From: Actinomycetota bacterium
GTDB lineage: Bacteria; Actinomycetota; UBA4738; HRBIN12
NCBI GenBank assembly: GCA_046726095.1
Contig: JBKOZW010000024.1
Location: 1 to 35,526, forward strand
Direction of reading: 5' to 3'
DNA: 35,526 nucleotides
Under the pieces are notes generated by a model that saw only the letters and a list, made by a program, of their open reading frames with translations, ran no database searches and had not been told where the DNA came from. The translations under genes and the position numbers were made by a program. Position 1 is the stretch's first letter, and each line of letters opens with the position of its first letter. This document shows positions 7,519 to 16,216 of this stretch, piece after piece.

Positions 7519-8397
7519 TCAGATGAGCTTGGCCCGCTGAACGAACTCGGCGAGCCACGTCCGGAACTCCGGCCCCAGGTCCTCGCGCTCGGCCGCGAGC
7601 TCGACCGTCGCCTTCAAGTAGTCGAGGGGATTCCCGACGTCGTACCGCCCTCCCTCGAACCGGTACGCATAGACCGCCTGCTCCTGCGCCAACAGGTTGA
7701 TCGCGTCGGTCAGCTGGATCTCGCCGCCGTGGCCCGGCGTCGTCCGCCGGAGCGCGCCGAAGATCTCCGGGGTGAAGACGTAGCGTCCGATCGCGGCCAG
7801 GTTGGATGGCGCTTCCTCCGGTGAGGGCTTCTCGATGATCGACAGGATCCGCACCAGGTCGTCCTCGAACGACTCGGGCTCAATGCAGCCGTACATCGAG
7901 ATGTCGTGCTTGCTGACCTCCATCGCCGCAAGCACGCTCCGTCCGAACCGGTCGTGGGCCCGGAGCATCTCCGCGAGCAGGGGCTTGTTCGGGTGGATCA
8001 GGTCGTCGCCGAGCATCACCACGAACGGTTCGTCGCCGACGTGCGCCTGGGCGATCGAGACCGCGTGCCCGAGCCCCAGCGCCTCCTTCTGACGGATGTA
8101 GTGGACCTCCGCCATCTCCGCGATCTGGCGGATCTTCTTGAGCTCGTCGAACTTCGACTTCTCCTCGAGGAACCGTTCCAGCTCCAGGTTCCGGTCGAAG
8201 TGGTCCTCGATCTCGCGCTGTCCCCGCCCGGTCACGATCAGGACGTCGTCGATCCCGGCGCGCGCGGCTTCCTCGACGACGAGCTGGATCGCCGGGACGT
8301 CGATCACGGGGAGCATGACCTTGGGCTGCGCCTTGGTCGCCGGGAGGAACCGCGTGCCCAGCCCGGCCGCCGGGATGACCGCCTTCCGTACTTTCAT
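7519..8397 (-). CDS. galU: UTP--glucose-1-phosphate uridylyltransferase
   Basis: MKVRKAVIPAAGLGTRFLPATKAQPKVMLPVIDVPAIQLVVEEA...VHYIRQKEALGLGHAV...VMLGDDL...VEKP-like IIEKP...GRYVFTPEIF. I chose the internal ATG at 8397 (GalU N-termini begin a few residues before AVIPAAG). A purine-rich GGGGGGAG lies immediately upstream. Confidence 0.92.
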   Translation of the reverse strand: MKVRKAVIPAAGLGTRFLPATKAQPKVMLPVIDVPAIQLVVEEAARAGIDDVLIVTGRGQREIEDHFDRNLELERFLEEKSKFDELKKIRQIAEMAEVHYIRQKEALGLGHAVSIAQAHVGDEPFVVMLGDDLIHPNKPLLAEMLRAHDRFGRSVLAAMEVSKHDISMYGCIEPESFEDDLVRILSIIEKPSPEEAPSNLAAIGRYVFTPEIFGALRRTTPGHGGEIQLTDAINLLAQEQAVYAYRFEGGRYDVGNPLDYLKATVELAAEREDLGPEFRTWLAEFVQRAKLI

Positions 8398-8516
8398 GGC
8401 TCCCCCCGTTACCCGCGGAACGCGAACGATACGCGCACCCGGCGCGAGCGCAAATCGTCGTACCGACCTACGCCGCACGGCCGACGTTCAGGCCGTCGGT
8501 ACACTTTGCCCAGGCC

Positions 8517-8852
8517 ATGCCCACGTACGAATACTCCTGCCGCGATTGCGGGCACACCTTCGACATCGTCCAGAAGATGACGGACGAGCCGCTCGCGATG
8601 TGCCCCGAGTGCGGCGGGCCACTCCGGAAGGTGTTCGCGGTGCCGGCCATCGCCTTCAAGGGCTCCGGGTTCTACGCGACCGACCACGGGAAGAAGGCGA
8701 AGCGGCCGGACGAGGGCTCGGACAAGGGCAAACCGGACAAGGACGCCAAGAAGCCGGCGGCGTCGGGCGACGGCAAGGGCGACGCCGCGGCCGGCAAGAA
8801 GGAGTCGACGAGCTCCACGTCCGGCGCGTCGAAAGAAGGAACGGGCTCATGA
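8517..8852 (+). CDS. FmdB-family zinc-ribbon protein (CxxC-x-CxxC) with a K/G/D/S-rich tail; resembles mycobacterial Rv0991c (Ruc)
   Basis: MPTYEYSCRDCGHTFDIVQKMTDEPLAMCPECGGPLRKVFAVPAIAFKGSGFYATD is the canonical FmdB/CxxC_CxxC_SSSS N-domain, followed by a low-complexity tail. Confidence 0.88.
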   Translation: MPTYEYSCRDCGHTFDIVQKMTDEPLAMCPECGGPLRKVFAVPAIAFKGSGFYATDHGKKAKRPDEGSDKGKPDKDAKKPAASGDGKGDAAAGKKESTSSTSGASKEGTGS

Positions 8853-9649
8853 TGACCGCGGAGATCGGGGTCTTCGGGGGGTCAGGGTTCTACGCCTTCC
8901 TCGAAGACCCGGAGGAGATCGCGGTCGACACGCCGTACGGCAAGCCGGCGGCGCCGGTCACGGTCGGAACCGTCGGCGGCCGGCGCGTCGCCTTCATCCC
9001 TCGGCACGGCGTCGACCACGAGTTCCCGCCGCACCGCGTCCCCTACCGGGCGAACGTCTGGGCGATGAGGGAGCTCGGGGTCACGCGGATCTTCGGACCA
9101 TCGGCGGCCGGGTCACTCCGCCGCGACATCCCGCCGCGGACCTTCGTCGTGTGCGATCAGGCGATCGACTTCACCAAGTCCCGCGACAACACGTTCTACG
9201 ACGGCCCGGTCACCACGCACATCTCGTTCGCCGACCCGTACTGTCCGGTGCTGCGGCAGACACTCGTCGACGCGGCGATGGAGAACGGGATCGAGCATCG
9301 CGTCGGCGGGACGATGGCGGTGATCGAGGGACCTCGGTTCTCGACGCGGGCCGAGTCGAAGATGTTCGCGAACGCAGGCGGGGACGTGATCGGGATGACG
9401 CAGTTCCCCGAGGTCGCGCTCGCGAAGGAGCTGCAGCTGTGCTTCGCGAACGTGGCGCTCGTCACGGACTACGACGTGGGCGTGGACGGGATCGCCCCCG
9501 TGTCGCACGCCGAGGTGCTGAAGGTCTTCGGGGAGAACATCGACGCGCTCCGGGACCTGCTGTTCGCGGCCATCCCCAAGGTGCCGGCGGATCGCGAGGG
9601 CTGCGACTGTGCGAACGCGCTCGGCGGAACCGGCCACGAGGGCGCGTAG
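8849..9649 (+). CDS. mtnP: S-methyl-5'-thioadenosine phosphorylase
   Basis: Real part of ORF 8138..9649 starting at MMTAEIGVFGGSGFY. Motifs: IPRHGVDHEFPPHRVPYRANVWAMRELGV, VIEGPRFSTRAES, DVIGMTQFPEVALAKE. ATG 8849 overlaps the fmdB-like stop (ATGA). Confidence 0.9.
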   Translation: MMTAEIGVFGGSGFYAFLEDPEEIAVDTPYGKPAAPVTVGTVGGRRVAFIPRHGVDHEFPPHRVPYRANVWAMRELGVTRIFGPSAAGSLRRDIPPRTFVVCDQAIDFTKSRDNTFYDGPVTTHISFADPYCPVLRQTLVDAAMENGIEHRVGGTMAVIEGPRFSTRAESKMFANAGGDVIGMTQFPEVALAKELQLCFANVALVTDYDVGVDGIAPVSHAEVLKVFGENIDALRDLLFAAIPKVPADREGCDCANALGGTGHEGA

Positions 9650-9681
9650 CGGCTCGGTTCCTCTTCGCGGGCTCGCGCCCG

Positions 9682-9687
9682 TATCCT
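9682..9687 (+). promoter_or_regulatory. -10-like TATCCT, 6 nt before ATG 9694
   Basis: TANNNT hexamer at leaderless spacing. Confidence 0.35.
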
Positions 9688-9693
9688 CGTGAC

Positions 9694-9876
9694 ATGCCCC
9701 GGCAACTGATCCGCGTGGAGCTCGCGTTCGTCAGCGAAGAAGATCCCGAGCAGACCGGCGAACGGATCCGTGAGTCGGTCGCGCTGATCGTCGGCCGCGA
9801 CCAGCTCGAGGAGTTCCGAGTGCGGGCGCTGCCGCTCGACCCGAAGAAGAAAGACCACCTGCGACCGGTCGACTGA
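9694..9876 (+). CDS. Hypothetical 60-aa charged protein
   Basis: MPRQLIRVELAFVSEEDPEQTGERIRESVALIVGRDQLEEFRVRALPLDPKKKDHLRPVD. Third codon positions are G/C-rich. A TATCCT hexamer sits exactly 6 nt before the ATG (leaderless-type start). No family recognised. Confidence 0.5.
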   Translation: MPRQLIRVELAFVSEEDPEQTGERIRESVALIVGRDQLEEFRVRALPLDPKKKDHLRPVD

Positions 9877-9913
9877 CGTGACCCCGATCACAGCCGGGAT
9901 GTGCATCCCCGCA

Positions 9914-9919
9914 TAGGTT
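9914..9919 (+). promoter_or_regulatory. -10-like TAGGTT, 7 nt before ATG 9927
   Basis: TANNNT hexamer at leaderless spacing; no SD present. Confidence 0.35.
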
Positions 9920-9926
9920 CGCAGCC

Positions 9927-10628
9927 ATGCAGATCCCGCGCGGGTTCTCCCTCCAACGCAAGCTCCCCAGGTCGTCCAAGGTGTTCCTCTCGATCGCTGC
10001 GGCGTGCGCCGTCTCTTCTTTCCTGCTGGTGCGCGGCGACGCCGCACGGGCGGGCGGCGGCATCGACCCGGGTCCGTCGGCCGAGGTCGTCGTGGCGTCC
10101 CACGATGTCGAGGCGGGGACGATGCTCTCCGCGGATGACCTCCGCGTGGTCACCATGCCCGCGGCGTACTCGCCACCGATGGCGATGTCGTCCGTGAACG
10201 ATGCCGTGGGGCTCGTCGTGTCCTCGGCGGTCCCGGAGGGCGAAGCGCTGTCGAGCGCACGGACCGGGCGCAGCGTCCTCGCGGGCGCCGTCGGACCAGG
10301 TCGTCTCGTCGTGAGCGCCACGTTCGCGTCGATCCCCGATGGACTGACCACGGCCGATCGCGTCGACGCGTTCGCGACGTTCGGCGGCGCGCGTCCCTAC
10401 ACCGAGCTCGTCGGGGAGGACCTCCGTGTCCTCCGGATCGAGCCGGTCGCGTCCGGTTTCGGTGGCGATACCGGCACGGTCGTGACGCTCGACGTCGATG
10501 CCACCGCCGCGCGGCTGCTGCTGCAGGCGAACGCGACCGGAACGCTCGCCTTGGTGGCGGTCGGTGCCGGGACCAGCGCGACACCTTCTCCAACTCCCTC
10601 GCCCGGAGCGGTTCCGACCCCCGGATAG
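9927..10628 (+). CDS. SAF-domain / CpaB(RcpC)-like membrane-anchored protein
   Basis: N-terminal TM (VFLSIAAACAVSSFLLV), a SAF-like segment VVVASHDVEAGTMLSADDLRVVTMP, then a beta-rich domain ending ARLLLQANATGTLALV and a P/S/T-rich tail. No other tad/cpa genes are nearby. Confidence 0.65.
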   Translation: MQIPRGFSLQRKLPRSSKVFLSIAAACAVSSFLLVRGDAARAGGGIDPGPSAEVVVASHDVEAGTMLSADDLRVVTMPAAYSPPMAMSSVNDAVGLVVSSAVPEGEALSSARTGRSVLAGAVGPGRLVVSATFASIPDGLTTADRVDAFATFGGARPYTELVGEDLRVLRIEPVASGFGGDTGTVVTLDVDATAARLLLQANATGTLALVAVGAGTSATPSPTPSPGAVPTPG

Positions 10629-10662
10629 ACTCGGCGCGCCTCCCGACCCGGAAGGACGCGTA

Positions 10663-11502
10663 TTGACCATCCTGCAGGCGATCGTCCTGGGACTGACCCA
10701 GGGCATCACCGAGTTCGCGCCCATCTCCAGCAGCGGCCATCTGATCCTGGTCCCGTGGATGTTCGGGTGGTCGATCGTGCAGGATCCCGCGCTCAACAAG
10801 ACCTTCGACGTCGCCCTGCATATGGGGACGTTGCTGGGCGCCGTCATCTACTTCCGCGGCGACCTGTGGCGCTACCTCAAGGCGTGGTTCGCCTCGCTCG
10901 GGGCCCGCGCCATCAGAACACCGGACGAACGGTTCGCCTGGGCGCTCGCGATCGGGACGATCCCAGGGGCGCTCGCCGGCGCGCTGTTCGAGAGCACGAT
11001 CGAGGACAAGCTCGGCGAGCCCTGGTTGATCGCGACGATGCTCGCCTGCTTCGGCATCGTCCTCTACGTGGTCGACCGGGTCTGTCGGCAGGACCGCTCG
11101 TTCGAGACGGTCGGGCCGCGGACGGGGCTGTTCCTCGGAACCGCCCAGGCGCTCGCGCTCCAGCCCGGCGTGTCGCGCTCGGGCGTGACGATCACGGCCG
11201 CGCGGCTGATCGGGATCGAGCGCGAGGCGGCCGCGCGGGCGTCGTTCCTGCTCGCGATCCCGATCATCGCCGGCGCCGGCCTGTACAAGTCGCTGGATGT
11301 CCTCCAGGACGGGCTCCAGGGCTACGGCGCGCAGTTCTTCTGGGGGTTCGTTGCCTCGGCGGTGAGTGGGTTCGTCGTGATCTGGTTCCTGCTCCGGTAC
11401 CTGCGGCGCCACGACTTCCTGGTGTTCATGGTCTACCGGCTGGTCGTGGCGGCGTTGGTGCTCCTTCTGATCGCGACCGGCGTCCGCTCGGCGACGATCT
11501 GA
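10663..11502 (+). CDS. uppP: Undecaprenyl-diphosphate phosphatase
   Basis: LTILQAIVLGLTQGITEFAPISSSGHLILVP..., PGVSRSGVTITAARLIGIEREAAARASFLLAIP. TTG start at 10663 lies 6 nt after GGAAGGA. The part of ORF 10498..11502 upstream of it is non-coding-looking. Confidence 0.9.
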   Translation: MTILQAIVLGLTQGITEFAPISSSGHLILVPWMFGWSIVQDPALNKTFDVALHMGTLLGAVIYFRGDLWRYLKAWFASLGARAIRTPDERFAWALAIGTIPGALAGALFESTIEDKLGEPWLIATMLACFGIVLYVVDRVCRQDRSFETVGPRTGLFLGTAQALALQPGVSRSGVTITAARLIGIEREAAARASFLLAIPIIAGAGLYKSLDVLQDGLQGYGAQFFWGFVASAVSGFVVIWFLLRYLRRHDFLVFMVYRLVVAALVLLLIATGVRSATI

Positions 11503-11505
11503 GGA

Positions 11506-12849
11506 TCAGACGCCGGCGAGGGTCATCTCGCCGATCAGGATCGACGGGGTCCCCACGCTCGAGAAGAAGCGGAGGTCGCTCCCAACTCCGGCGACCGCGG
11601 CCAGCATCTCGGGGAGCGTCGAGGCGATCGTCATCTCGCGGAGCGGCTCCCCGGTCGCGCCGCCCTCGACCCGGAGCCCGGTCGCGCCCACGCTGAACTC
11701 GCCGCTGATCGGGTTCGCCCCCGAGTGCGCGCCGGACACGTCGCGGATCAGCACGCCGCCCCCCGCCTTCGCCAGGAGCTCCTCGAAAGACAGCTCGCCC
11801 GCATCCACGAAGAAGTTGGACGTCCCGACGCCCGGGGCGGAGCGGTAGCCACCGCGCTTCGCGTTGCCGGTCGAGCGCTGGCCGTCGCCCGTGCGCCGCG
11901 CCGTGTACGTATCGTGGAGGAACCCGTTCAGCGTCCCTCCGGTGAACAGCTCGGTGCGGCCGCTCGGGACGCCCTCCGAATCGAACGGACACGCACCCGG
12001 ACCGTCCAGACGGCGGCCGTCGTCGACCAGGGTGAACACCCGGGACCCGACCGCCCGACCGGCCATGTCCGCGAACAGCGACCTGCCCTTGAGCACGTTC
12101 TCCGCGTTGAGTGCGCCGGCGAGCACACCGAGGAAGTTGGACGCGGCGAACGGGTCGAGCACGACGGGCACCTTCGCGGTGGGCGGCTTGGTGGCGCCCA
12201 ACATCGCGACGGCGCGGTCGACGGCCTCGTCGGCGACCGGCTCCCACGAGAGGACGTCGAGCCCGCGCGTGATCAAGTAGGAGAAGCCGGTCTGGGTCTC
12301 CTCGCCCTCGACGGCGAGGGTCACCGCGAGGGTCCACGCATCGGTGCGGGCGTACTCGACGTCGACGCCGGTGGTCGAGGCGATCGCGACCCGCGAGACC
12401 GCGTCGCCGACCTGTGCCAAGTCGACCTTGGTCACGCGCGGGTCGCGCGAAACGGTGTACCGCTCGAGGTCGAGCGCCATACGGACCTTGTCGTCGGCGC
12501 TGACGTTGGCGCTGTCCTCGCGGAAGATCTCCGGCATCGGCGAGATCGCCTCGGCGTCGGGGAGCCCGTTGTGCTCGTCGGGCTCCGCGAGCGCGGCGTT
12601 GTCCCGCGCTCGCCAGACCGTCTCCTGCGCCTCGTCGAGGGAGGGGTCGGCCGCCCACGCGTAGCCGAGGCGGCCGTCGCGGATCACGCGGACCCCGAGT
12701 CCTCGTGACTCCGAGAACGTCATCCCCTCGACCTCGCCGCGGAGCGCGCTGACCTCGGTCTGTCGACCCTCCTCGGCGTAGGCCTCGACCTGTTCCTCGC
12801 CGTCGGCGACGCCGACCGCGGCGTGGACGAGCTCGCCGAGATCAGGCAC
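11506..12849 (-). CDS. pmbA: TldE/PmbA-family metalloprotease subunit (no HExxxH)
   Basis: 447-aa TldD/PmbA fold (LGVRVIRDGRLGYAW..., GNAKRGGYRSAPGVGTSNFFV, SGANPISGEFSVGATG). The GTG start overlaps the tldD stop by 8 nt. Confidence 0.88.
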   Translation of the reverse strand: MPDLGELVHAAVGVADGEEQVEAYAEEGRQTEVSALRGEVEGMTFSESRGLGVRVIRDGRLGYAWAADPSLDEAQETVWRARDNAALAEPDEHNGLPDAEAISPMPEIFREDSANVSADDKVRMALDLERYTVSRDPRVTKVDLAQVGDAVSRVAIASTTGVDVEYARTDAWTLAVTLAVEGEETQTGFSYLITRGLDVLSWEPVADEAVDRAVAMLGATKPPTAKVPVVLDPFAASNFLGVLAGALNAENVLKGRSLFADMAGRAVGSRVFTLVDDGRRLDGPGACPFDSEGVPSGRTELFTGGTLNGFLHDTYTARRTGDGQRSTGNAKRGGYRSAPGVGTSNFFVDAGELSFEELLAKAGGGVLIRDVSGAHSGANPISGEFSVGATGLRVEGGATGEPLREMTIASTLPEMLAAVAGVGSDLRFFSSVGTPSILIGEMTLAGV

Positions 12850-14227
12850 CCGTGCCCCCGACGGTGATCTTGGCGATCCGGAGCGTGGGCGAGCCGCTGC
12901 CGACCGGCGCCCCCTGCCCGTCCTTGCCGCAGACGCCTTCCCACGTCTCGAAGTCGCTCCCGACGGCGTCGACCGAGCTCATGACTTCGATCGCGCGCCC
13001 GATCAGGTTCGCGCCGCGCACCGGCTTCGTGACCTCGCCGTTCTCGATCAGGTAGCCCTCCGAGACGCCGAACACGAAGTCGCCGGTGGCGGGGTTGACC
13101 TGCCCGCCGCCGAGCCCACGGACGTAGACGCCGCGCTCCGTCGATCGGATCACCTCGTCGGGGTCCTCCTTGCCCGGGAGGATGTTCGTGTTCGTCATCC
13201 GCACGATCGGCGGGTGCGCGTAGGATTCCCGCCGTCCGTTCCCGGTCGGCTGGACACCCATCTTCCGAGCGCGGAGGCGATCCTGGAGGAAGCCCTGCAG
13301 GACTCCTTCGCGGAAGAGCTCGGTGCGCTGTGAGGGCTCGCCCTCGTCATCGAAGTCGTACGAGCCCCAGCCGTTCGCGATCGTCGCGTCGTCGACGCCG
13401 TCGATCAGCTCGCTCGCGCACCGCTCGCCGACGCGGCGGCGATACACCGAGGCCTCCTTGTCCACGGCGTCGGCCTCGAGGGGATGGCCGACGGCCTCGT
13501 GGAACAGCACGCCTCCGCACCCGTTCGCGACGACCACCGCCATCTCGCCGGCCGGCGCCGGGATCGAGTCAAGCATCGTAACGGCGCGGCTCGCGGCGCG
13601 TTCTGCGGTCACGCGGGGCGGGTGCGCGTCCAGGAACTCGACGCCGGCGCATGCGGCGGGACCGTCCCATCCGGTCTGGATCACATCGCCCCGCTTGGCG
13701 ACGACCTGCGCGACCAGGCGGATCCGCGGTCGCTCCTCGTCGACCCACCTGCCGTCCGAGGCGGCGATCAGACGCCGCTGCAGGGAATCGAAGTAGATCC
13801 CCGTTACCTGGACAACCTCAGGGCTCTTCGCGCGGGCAACCTCGTCCACCTCGCGGAGCCACGCGACCTTGGCGGCGGCCGCGACGCTGTTCGCGCCGCG
13901 CTCGGCGCGGTTCGTGCCGGGCCCGAACCGCTCGGTGAGGTCGACGACGGAGCCGGCCGCGTCTCCGCCGAGGGCCGCGCTCGCCGCCGCGGCGGCATCG
14001 AGCAACGCGTCGCGATCGAGCCGGTTCGAGTACGCGTATCCGTAGGTCGTGCCCTGGGCGACGCGGACGCCGGCGCCGCGATCGAGACCGGTGGTGAGCT
14101 CCTCGACCTTCCCGTCGTCCAGACGGATCGAGGTCGATGAGCGCTCTTCGACGAAGACCTCCGCGAAGTCACCGCCCTTGCGTCGTGCGGCGGAGAGGAC
14201 GTCGGCGACCAACTCGCGGTCGAGCAT
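12842..14227 (-). CDS. tldD: TldD metalloprotease
   Basis: Contains the catalytic HEAVGHPLEAD (HExxxH) motif, plus GNGRRESYAHPPIVRMTNT and VNPATGDFVFGVSEGY. I chose the internal ATG 14227 (MLDRELVADVLSAARRKGGDFAEVFVEE...). A TAGCAT hexamer lies 7 nt upstream. Confidence 0.9.
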   Translation of the reverse strand: MLDRELVADVLSAARRKGGDFAEVFVEERSSTSIRLDDGKVEELTTGLDRGAGVRVAQGTTYGYAYSNRLDRDALLDAAAAASAALGGDAAGSVVDLTERFGPGTNRAERGANSVAAAAKVAWLREVDEVARAKSPEVVQVTGIYFDSLQRRLIAASDGRWVDEERPRIRLVAQVVAKRGDVIQTGWDGPAACAGVEFLDAHPPRVTAERAASRAVTMLDSIPAPAGEMAVVVANGCGGVLFHEAVGHPLEADAVDKEASVYRRRVGERCASELIDGVDDATIANGWGSYDFDDEGEPSQRTELFREGVLQGFLQDRLRARKMGVQPTGNGRRESYAHPPIVRMTNTNILPGKEDPDEVIRSTERGVYVRGLGGGQVNPATGDFVFGVSEGYLIENGEVTKPVRGANLIGRAIEVMSSVDAVGSDFETWEGVCGKDGQGAPVGSGSPTLRIAKITVGGTGA

Positions 14228-14234
14228 GCCGGCG

Positions 14235-14240
14235 ATGCTA
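14235..14240 (-). promoter_or_regulatory. -10-like TAGCAT, 7 nt before the tldD ATG (14227)
   Basis: Minus strand reads TAGCAT-CGCCGGC-ATG. Confidence 0.35.
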
Positions 14241-14300
14241 CTAAGCGCCTCCGGTTCCGGCCCCGCGCGCGGACCTCGGTGATACCGTCGCCGGGCGGCC

Positions 14301-16216
14301 GTGACCACCATCGAGACGACGACGCCCGACACGACGCGCCGGTCGCGCAGCGACTCCGTCCGCGCGGCGGTGGACGTGGTCCTCGTGATCGCGCTCGGGG
14401 TCGTGTTCCTCCGCGTGGCGGTGTGGCCGACGCTCGTGCACCACTATCCGTTCGCCGTCGGATCGGACATGCCGGTGTACCTGTGGTGGTCGCGCGTCGG
14501 CGCCGCCGAGGGCATCTCCCTCGTGGGCGCACGACCGGGCCTGCCCGCGCTGATCCCGACGGTCGCGACGACGCTGGGCATCGGTCTGGTCCCGGCGGTC
14601 GCGGGGGTGCAGTACGCGCTGATGCCGGCGAGCCCCCACGCCTCGCGTGGCTCGCCGGCGCCGTCCTCGCGGGCGCCTGGACGACGTTCCTCGGCGCCGG
14701 CTACCTCGCGAACCTGGCACTCGTGGCGGCGTTCCTCACGGCCGCCGCCGCCCTCGCGCGCCGGACGCGACGGGGAACCGTCGCGGCGGCGCTGCTCCTG
14801 GGCGGCGGCGGGCTCGCCCATCCCGAGTTCTTCGTGGTCGCGGCGGCGGTCCTCGTCGCCACCGCCGCCTGGTCGTGGCGCCGGAGCCGACCTCCGGTTG
14901 GCGAAGTCGCCGATGCTGCCTACGACCGCCAGGACATGGGCCGCGTGCTCGCCGCGCTCGGCGGCGGCGCCGGTTTCGTCGGCGCCGGGATCCTCGCCAC
15001 GCTCGTGGGTCCCGCGCGGCTGGCCGGCGACACCTCCCTCGACGCGATGCTCCGACGGACCGGCCAGTGGGCAGAGCTCCGCCGTGTCTACCTCGACCGC
15101 CTCGTCGAGAACTGGAGGCGGTACGCGCCGTTCATGACGACCGCGCTGGCCGTGGCCGGGAGCGATCGCTCGAGGGGCTTCGTCCGCCGGTTCCTGGTGG
15201 CGTGGGCGCTCGTCACGGCGGCCGCCCTTCCGATCGGCGTGATCAGCGGCTGGTTCCCGCCGGACCGCCTCCTCACGTTCGCCTTCTGCCTGCCGATCCT
15301 GGCTGGGTTCGGCCTCGTGTGGATCGGCGACCGGATCGGCCAACGGATCAGATGGCCGGGGTTCGCCTGGTCGATCGCGATCGTGCTGGTGACGTTGATC
15401 GTGCTGCCCGCGATGCGCGACTGGCGCGCGCAACTGACGTACGTATCGCCCGACGAGCTCACGGACGTTACCTACGCCGGCCGGATCGCCGCGACGACGC
15501 CCGCAGGGACGCCGCTCGTGTTCGTCGCCGACGACCCCGACATCGACCGCGCGTTGTTCCGGTTCTCGCACGGCCTGAACGTCGCCCGCGCCGCGCTCCC
15601 TCCGGAGCGCGCCGCGGACGTCTCGATGTTCCTGGGGACGGCCGACGACCTCCTCGCGGGACGTCCCACCCAGCGCGGCGACGCGGTCTACGACCTCGCG
15701 TCGGCGGACTCGCTCGCGAGCCTTCCGCATGGGCCGCGCGCCGTCTTCGTGGTCCGCGAGCTCGACGGGGACCCCGGCGCGCTCACCACGGCTGGCCTCA
15801 CGGCGTGGGAGGGCAGGCTCGCGACGAACGTGACGATCCCCGCTTCGCTCGCGATCGGCGAGGGCGAGCTCGTCGCGTCGGACCCGACCACGATCTCGCA
15901 CGCGACGGTCCGGACGTTGCTGCTGTTGCTGCTGCTCGGCGGGGGATGGGCCTGGTGGGCCTTCGGCGACCGTGCCCGCGACGCCGCGGCCGCGCTGGCC
16001 GTCGCCCCCGCGTTCGGCTCCGCGATCTTGACCCTGACCGCGCTCGGTCTAGAGCGCGTCGGCGCCGATCTGGATCGGGGGGGAACCGTCCGCATCGCCT
16101 GCGTCGTCGCCGGGGGCCTCGGGTACGCGCTCCTCGTCGGCCGGCTCGCCGGCGAGCATCGTCGGCGCCGGCCGAGCGAACTCGTCCTCGAAGAGCCGGC
16201 CAAGCTCGATCCGTGA
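14301..16216 (+). CDS. Large polytopic membrane protein (GT-C-like topology: about 10 TM, a roughly 170-aa loop domain, 3 C-terminal TM). The reading frame is broken near 14633.
   Basis: Frame of 14301 is coding-like up to ...LVPAVAGVQYALM and then turns S/R/P-rich. Frame of 14279 is R/G/D junk until ...LAWLAGAVLAGAWTTFLGAGYL, then coding-like up to the stop at 16216. One extra C in the C5 run 14633..14637 would join the two frames. This is either a sequencing error or a pseudogene. Confidence 0.6.

Noticed and set aside
9927-10628. A CpaB/RcpC-like protein as a marker of a Tad/Flp pilus locus
   Set aside because: No CpaF/TadA ATPase, TadB/C, prepilin peptidase or Flp pilin genes lie nearby. 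I treat it as an orphan SAF-domain membrane protein, which is commonly found near fmdB-like genes in Actinobacteria.
11506-14227. TldD/PmbA as part of a microcin B17-like RiPP maturation or toxin-antitoxin system
   Set aside because: No precursor peptide, cyclodehydratase/dehydrogenase, immunity or export genes are adjacent. The pair looks like the widespread housekeeping tldD-tldE operon.
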